Assembly: GCF_009914755.1 (NCBI RefSeq)
Contig: NC_060930.1
Direction: 5' to 3' (one strand)
DNA: 64,000 bases
Source of the DNA: the human T2T-CHM13v2.0 reference genome, Homo sapiens
Below are positions 61,521 through 64,000 of the stretch, in pieces. A program made the position numbers and the translations under genes. Within the stretch, counting starts at the first letter, position 1. Every line of letters begins with the position of its first letter. The notes beneath the pieces are model-generated. The model made no database searches, was not told the origin of the DNA, and was given only the letters and a program-made list of their open reading frames with translations.

Positions 61521-64000
61521 GGCACTTGATTTTATATCTTTTTCTGGACTGTGCTATGCTATGAGTGGAGGGGAGAAAACTGAAATATGGAGAAAGATCT
61601 TTGTTCTCCTCCAGCTCCAGTTCCTTAATAAAGTTCATAGGAGGAACAGAGAGCCTATACACTCATTTCTTCAATGTGCCTGCTCTTTAGCGGGATATCC
61701 TATATCTACTAGATTTTAACATACTGATTTACATAAGCAAGGAACACTTCGACAGACCATTGAGAAAATCTGTGAGCTTAGCAAGAGCACGCCACTGATG
61801 CGCGTCACCGTTGGGTGAGGATGTTATCTGGCTGACCAAGCCAGATGCGTTTAATATGCAGGGTGGGTTGGGGCTAACATTTCAGTACTGAGTGACATTG
61901 AGGACTGGTTAATGTGATTGACTGATGTGGAATCTTCTCCCACACGGTATATGGTGGGTCTTACGAGAGAGTTGGGTAAAAATAGTGTGCTAAAGGTTCA
62001 AAAATGGAACATATGTGGTCAAACCTCTGTGATACTTGTTTATGAAGACTGTAAGGGTTGGAGTTTCCTGATGTGTGAAATGCAGCCCTACTAATGTAAG
62101 GGTATAGTCTGCCTGAGTTTTTCAGGAGTGGGCTCAGGGAGGATGCTTTCAAACCCTTTCAAACAGTTAGGAATTCTGGAGCTTTCAACTAGTCATGGAA
62201 AAATTGAGTTTTGTTGTACATTGAGCACCTGTGATGAGAGGGGAAAAGGCAGTTTCATTGGTTTACTTAAGTCAGCAGAGAAGGCTGCTGTGCACAGCTT
62301 CCATTGCATCATTCAAAAAGAGAGTTTGTGTGGGAACTTTGCAAGTCAGTTTCCCTGTATGAAGTGATGGAGAGAGTGATTAAGATACTGAGCTTTCTCT
62401 GTGTTCTTGCCGTTAACCATTGCCGGTTTGTGGGAGATTAAGAAGTCGATGCGTTTTATGGAGAATTAATTTATTTTGATATAGACAGATGGACGGGTCA
62501 TGAAAATTTGTTGACATACTTTACTAAACTGCTACATTAGATCAAATATTCCAAAAAAAAAAAAAAAGGGGTTTGAAGAGACCCAGTGACTTACAGGGTA
62601 TACTTTTATCACTGATGTGAGAAGACATATGAACACATTGAACTTAAAACAGTAGCAAACCCAGAGCATGGCTCAGCTGTTTGCAGACCAGCAGGGCAGA
62701 CACAGCTGTGCTTATACATTATGCTTGTAGGAGCTGGGGGCTGTGCTCAGTCCTCATCTCAGAACCCACCCACGACATGTGGATGCAGGGACGTCTCACA
62801 ATTTTAGAAGAGATTCACAGTTTTTCTTGGGCCCAATCCTGACTTAAATTCCTATAGCTGCTTTTGGAATATACACCTCTTCTCATTCCTGTTCAAAATT
62901 TGGATTCTCTACCTATTTTGTAGGCTTGTGGGAAGGATTAAACCAGACAATATTTATAAAGTTCCCATCCACTTACCGATGCACAATAAATTCTTGGCAA
63001 AATGAGTCCCCTCCCCTCCGTGAAAAAATAAAACGTATTGATAGAGGGAAAGGAATTTGTCCAGAGATGCAAAGCACTGGTGCTGTCAGCGGCTTTCTCA
63101 GGCTTTTTCCTTCCAGCAGTTTTCACCCGAGACAACCCCAAAGTGTCCTTTTACCTTTTAGTAGGACATGCAGTTGTGAGGGAGAGTCAGGTTTTCCTTG
63201 TTTATGCTTCCATAGTTTTTACCCTGCAGACCCTGAATATTTTTGCCCTTAGAACATAAAAAGGAGAGATAATGAAGCAGCCTGTTGTCACTAAGGAATA
63301 GAACCTTTACCTGTTGTTCCCATGACAGTGTAACAATACACAGGATCAACATGTGACAAGAATCTTTTTATTCCTTGTAAACCAAGAAACGAAAAGTCAT
63401 CTTATAAGCTGAGACATTTTAAGAGAACAGGCCCATGGTGTTTTCACCCCTTTGCTCTGTTGTTTTTTGGTTTTTGTTTCCAGGATGGGTAAAGAAACAG
63501 GTTATAGAGGTTTCCTGGAACACCTGTGTGAGGATCTCCCTGGATGCTGGGTGTTGGAGAGCTAACGCTGCACAGCCTGTTGGTGGGAAGAGTGAACAGA
63601 CGGTTGGTTGCATGTTGATAGGAGCTGTGGACACTCTAGTAAATACAGAGCTCTCCTTAGGGGGAAAATGCTTTAGCTTTAGATGTTTTGACTTTAGATC
63701 TTATTGCTGGGGTTTCAGACTTTTAGAGAGGCGCAGCTTGACTAAGATTAGCCAAAGCAGCATCTTAATTGAACGAGTGACAGCTATTGGGACAACCAGA
63801 TATAATTAACTCTGATGTTTTAGAATTCCTTTTCCATTCTTTGATTGGTTCGCTTGCGTTTTGATCCTTAATGATGTGTGCTCAGTGAATTACACTAGAA
63901 GAGAAATGTCTGTGTTTATATTCAATGTTACCAGATTATTCTTTTTGTCGAGGGCCAGGGCATTTTCACCTCATGGAAAGATGGATTGGTAAGGAACAGG

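Noticed and set aside
61790-61812. CTCF-like gccactgatgcgcg
   Set aside because: Poor match to the core spacing

Overview
Primate (almost certainly human) intronic genomic DNA with no credible protein-coding region; the ORF-track entries are Alu/SVA/simple-repeat read-throughs or short chance ORFs. By eye the window holds about 60 Alu copies or fragments (roughly 38 on minus, 23 on plus), several MIR, L2, old L1M and MER5 fossils, one short L1PA 3' end and many microsatellites. An 84-nt exon with good splice sites lies at 37329-37412 on +. I recall it as a 5'-UTR exon of RBM47 (memory only, moderate confidence), and a second candidate 5'-UTR exon lies at about 18317-18384. The most notable object is a full-length antisense SVA. 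Its 18-bp target-site duplication (30243-30260 / 33081-33098) encloses the SVA plus two further segments, each ending in its own poly(A), which looks like a serial two-generation 3' transduction. On the host sense strand the internal poly(A) forms a textbook branch point + polypyrimidine tract + CAG acceptor. I see no evidence of a wholly new biological system; the findings are retrotransposon-history, splicing and regulatory hypotheses. Repeat subfamily calls and boundaries are by eye and approximate.
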